A stretch of DNA of 64,000 nucleotides from Candidatus Bathyarchaeota archaeon (GTDB taxonomy: Archaea > Thermoproteota > Bathyarchaeia > Bathyarchaeales > Bathycorpusculaceae). The stretch covers positions 1-64,000 of the forward strand of contig CAVYXJ010000020.1 in assembly GCA_963772455.1 (NCBI GenBank). Direction: 5' to 3'. Made by a program: the position numbers and the translations under genes. Below, one piece after another: positions 63,229-64,000 of this stretch. Each line of letters opens with the position of its first letter. Position 1 is the first letter of the stretch. Under the pieces are notes generated by a model that was given only the letters and a program-made list of their open reading frames with translations, did not search any database and was not told the DNA's origin.

Positions 63229-64000
63229 TCACTTTTCGAATGTTGACATTATTACCATCATTATTGCACCCATTATGGGGATTCCAAGGTAGGTTAGCAA
63301 ATAGAGAATTAGTGACATGCTAAAGCCTCCAAATGAGCTGCTGCCTATCATACCTAAGGTAACGAAGAGCACTATGAATAGTAGTGGAGCGGCGACTAGC
63401 ATCATAATGTAGATTTCTGCCATTGCTGAGAGTGATTCTAGCATCATGTCTAGTTTACCTATTCGCTCTTTTGTCACGGCTTCGGTTGTAATTTTTAGGT
63501 ATTCTGTTGGGTTTCCTCCGGTTCTAACTGTAGCTACGTAGCCTTCGAGAATTTCGCCAAGTTGATCATTGGGTGTTAGTTTGGCGTTGTCAACAATTGA
63601 ACTTAGAAGGTCTCCGCCAAAGACTTCTACATCTCTTATTATATTGCTAAATTCTAAGCGTACTTCTTTGAGGGTATCAATTTTGGCCATTGATTCGAAA
63701 ATAATACTTGGTGGAACGTTTGAGCTTGAAAGAAGAGTTAGAAAATTGCTTACATATGGTAAGTTTCTATCGATTGGTCCTTTTCTACTGCTTGCTTTCA
63801 TACCTGGATAAAGGTACATTATCATTAGTGTTATCAGCGCTGCTGAGGCTGCAATTACTAAACTAAATGATAAATTCAATATCTGATAGTAAGGGAATAC
63901 CGCTTAGAAGTGGCAAGAGAATGAAATGCTATGGGGATTGTGGCTGCAAAAACAATTATCGAGGTTAATATCATGAAGGCGATGTATGCTTTGAATGCGA
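63229..64000 (-). CDS. Type II/IV secretion system F family (TadC-like) protein, 5'-truncated by window edge
   Basis: IDRNLPYVSNFLTLLSSS, FGGDLLSSI, TGGNPTEYL, LSAMAEIYIMMLVAAPL; paralogue of 1312-2179. Confidence 0.88.

Noticed and set aside
447-63900. Programmed frameshifting or phase variation as the cause of split genes
   Set aside because: Breaks are scattered single-base indels without a shared slippery site; sequencing error is simpler.

Overview
AT-rich archaeal DNA, most likely Bathyarchaeia/TACK. This is inferred from archaeal class III pilins, TackOD1- and NitrOD5-like output domains, frequent TTG/GTG starts and Pro/Thr-stalked surface proteins. The window is a cell-surface island. 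A type IV pilus locus (2 pilins, ATPase, 2 TadC-like proteins, divergent degenerate KaiC-like protein) lies at the left end. A ~50 kb, mostly minus-strand glycan biosynthesis cluster follows: Wzx flippase, about 10 glycosyltransferases, two DegT aminotransferases, two ATP-grasp enzymes, methyltransferases, RmlD, a DPM-synthase-like GT, a GT-C/Wzy-like membrane protein and a DUF1616 split into two distant genes. Seven modular secreted proteins that share duplicated domains and DNA tracts are interleaved in it. The right end holds a small TasA-like secreted protein, a GC-rich hairpin (candidate ncRNA), a PAS histidine kinase/receiver module and the 3' part of a second pilus locus. Many genes carry single-base frameshifts, probably long-read indel errors, densest at 16.9-23.3 kb. 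No rRNA, tRNA, CRISPR array, transposase, recombinase or reverse transcriptase was seen. All family assignments come from motif recognition by eye, not from database searches.
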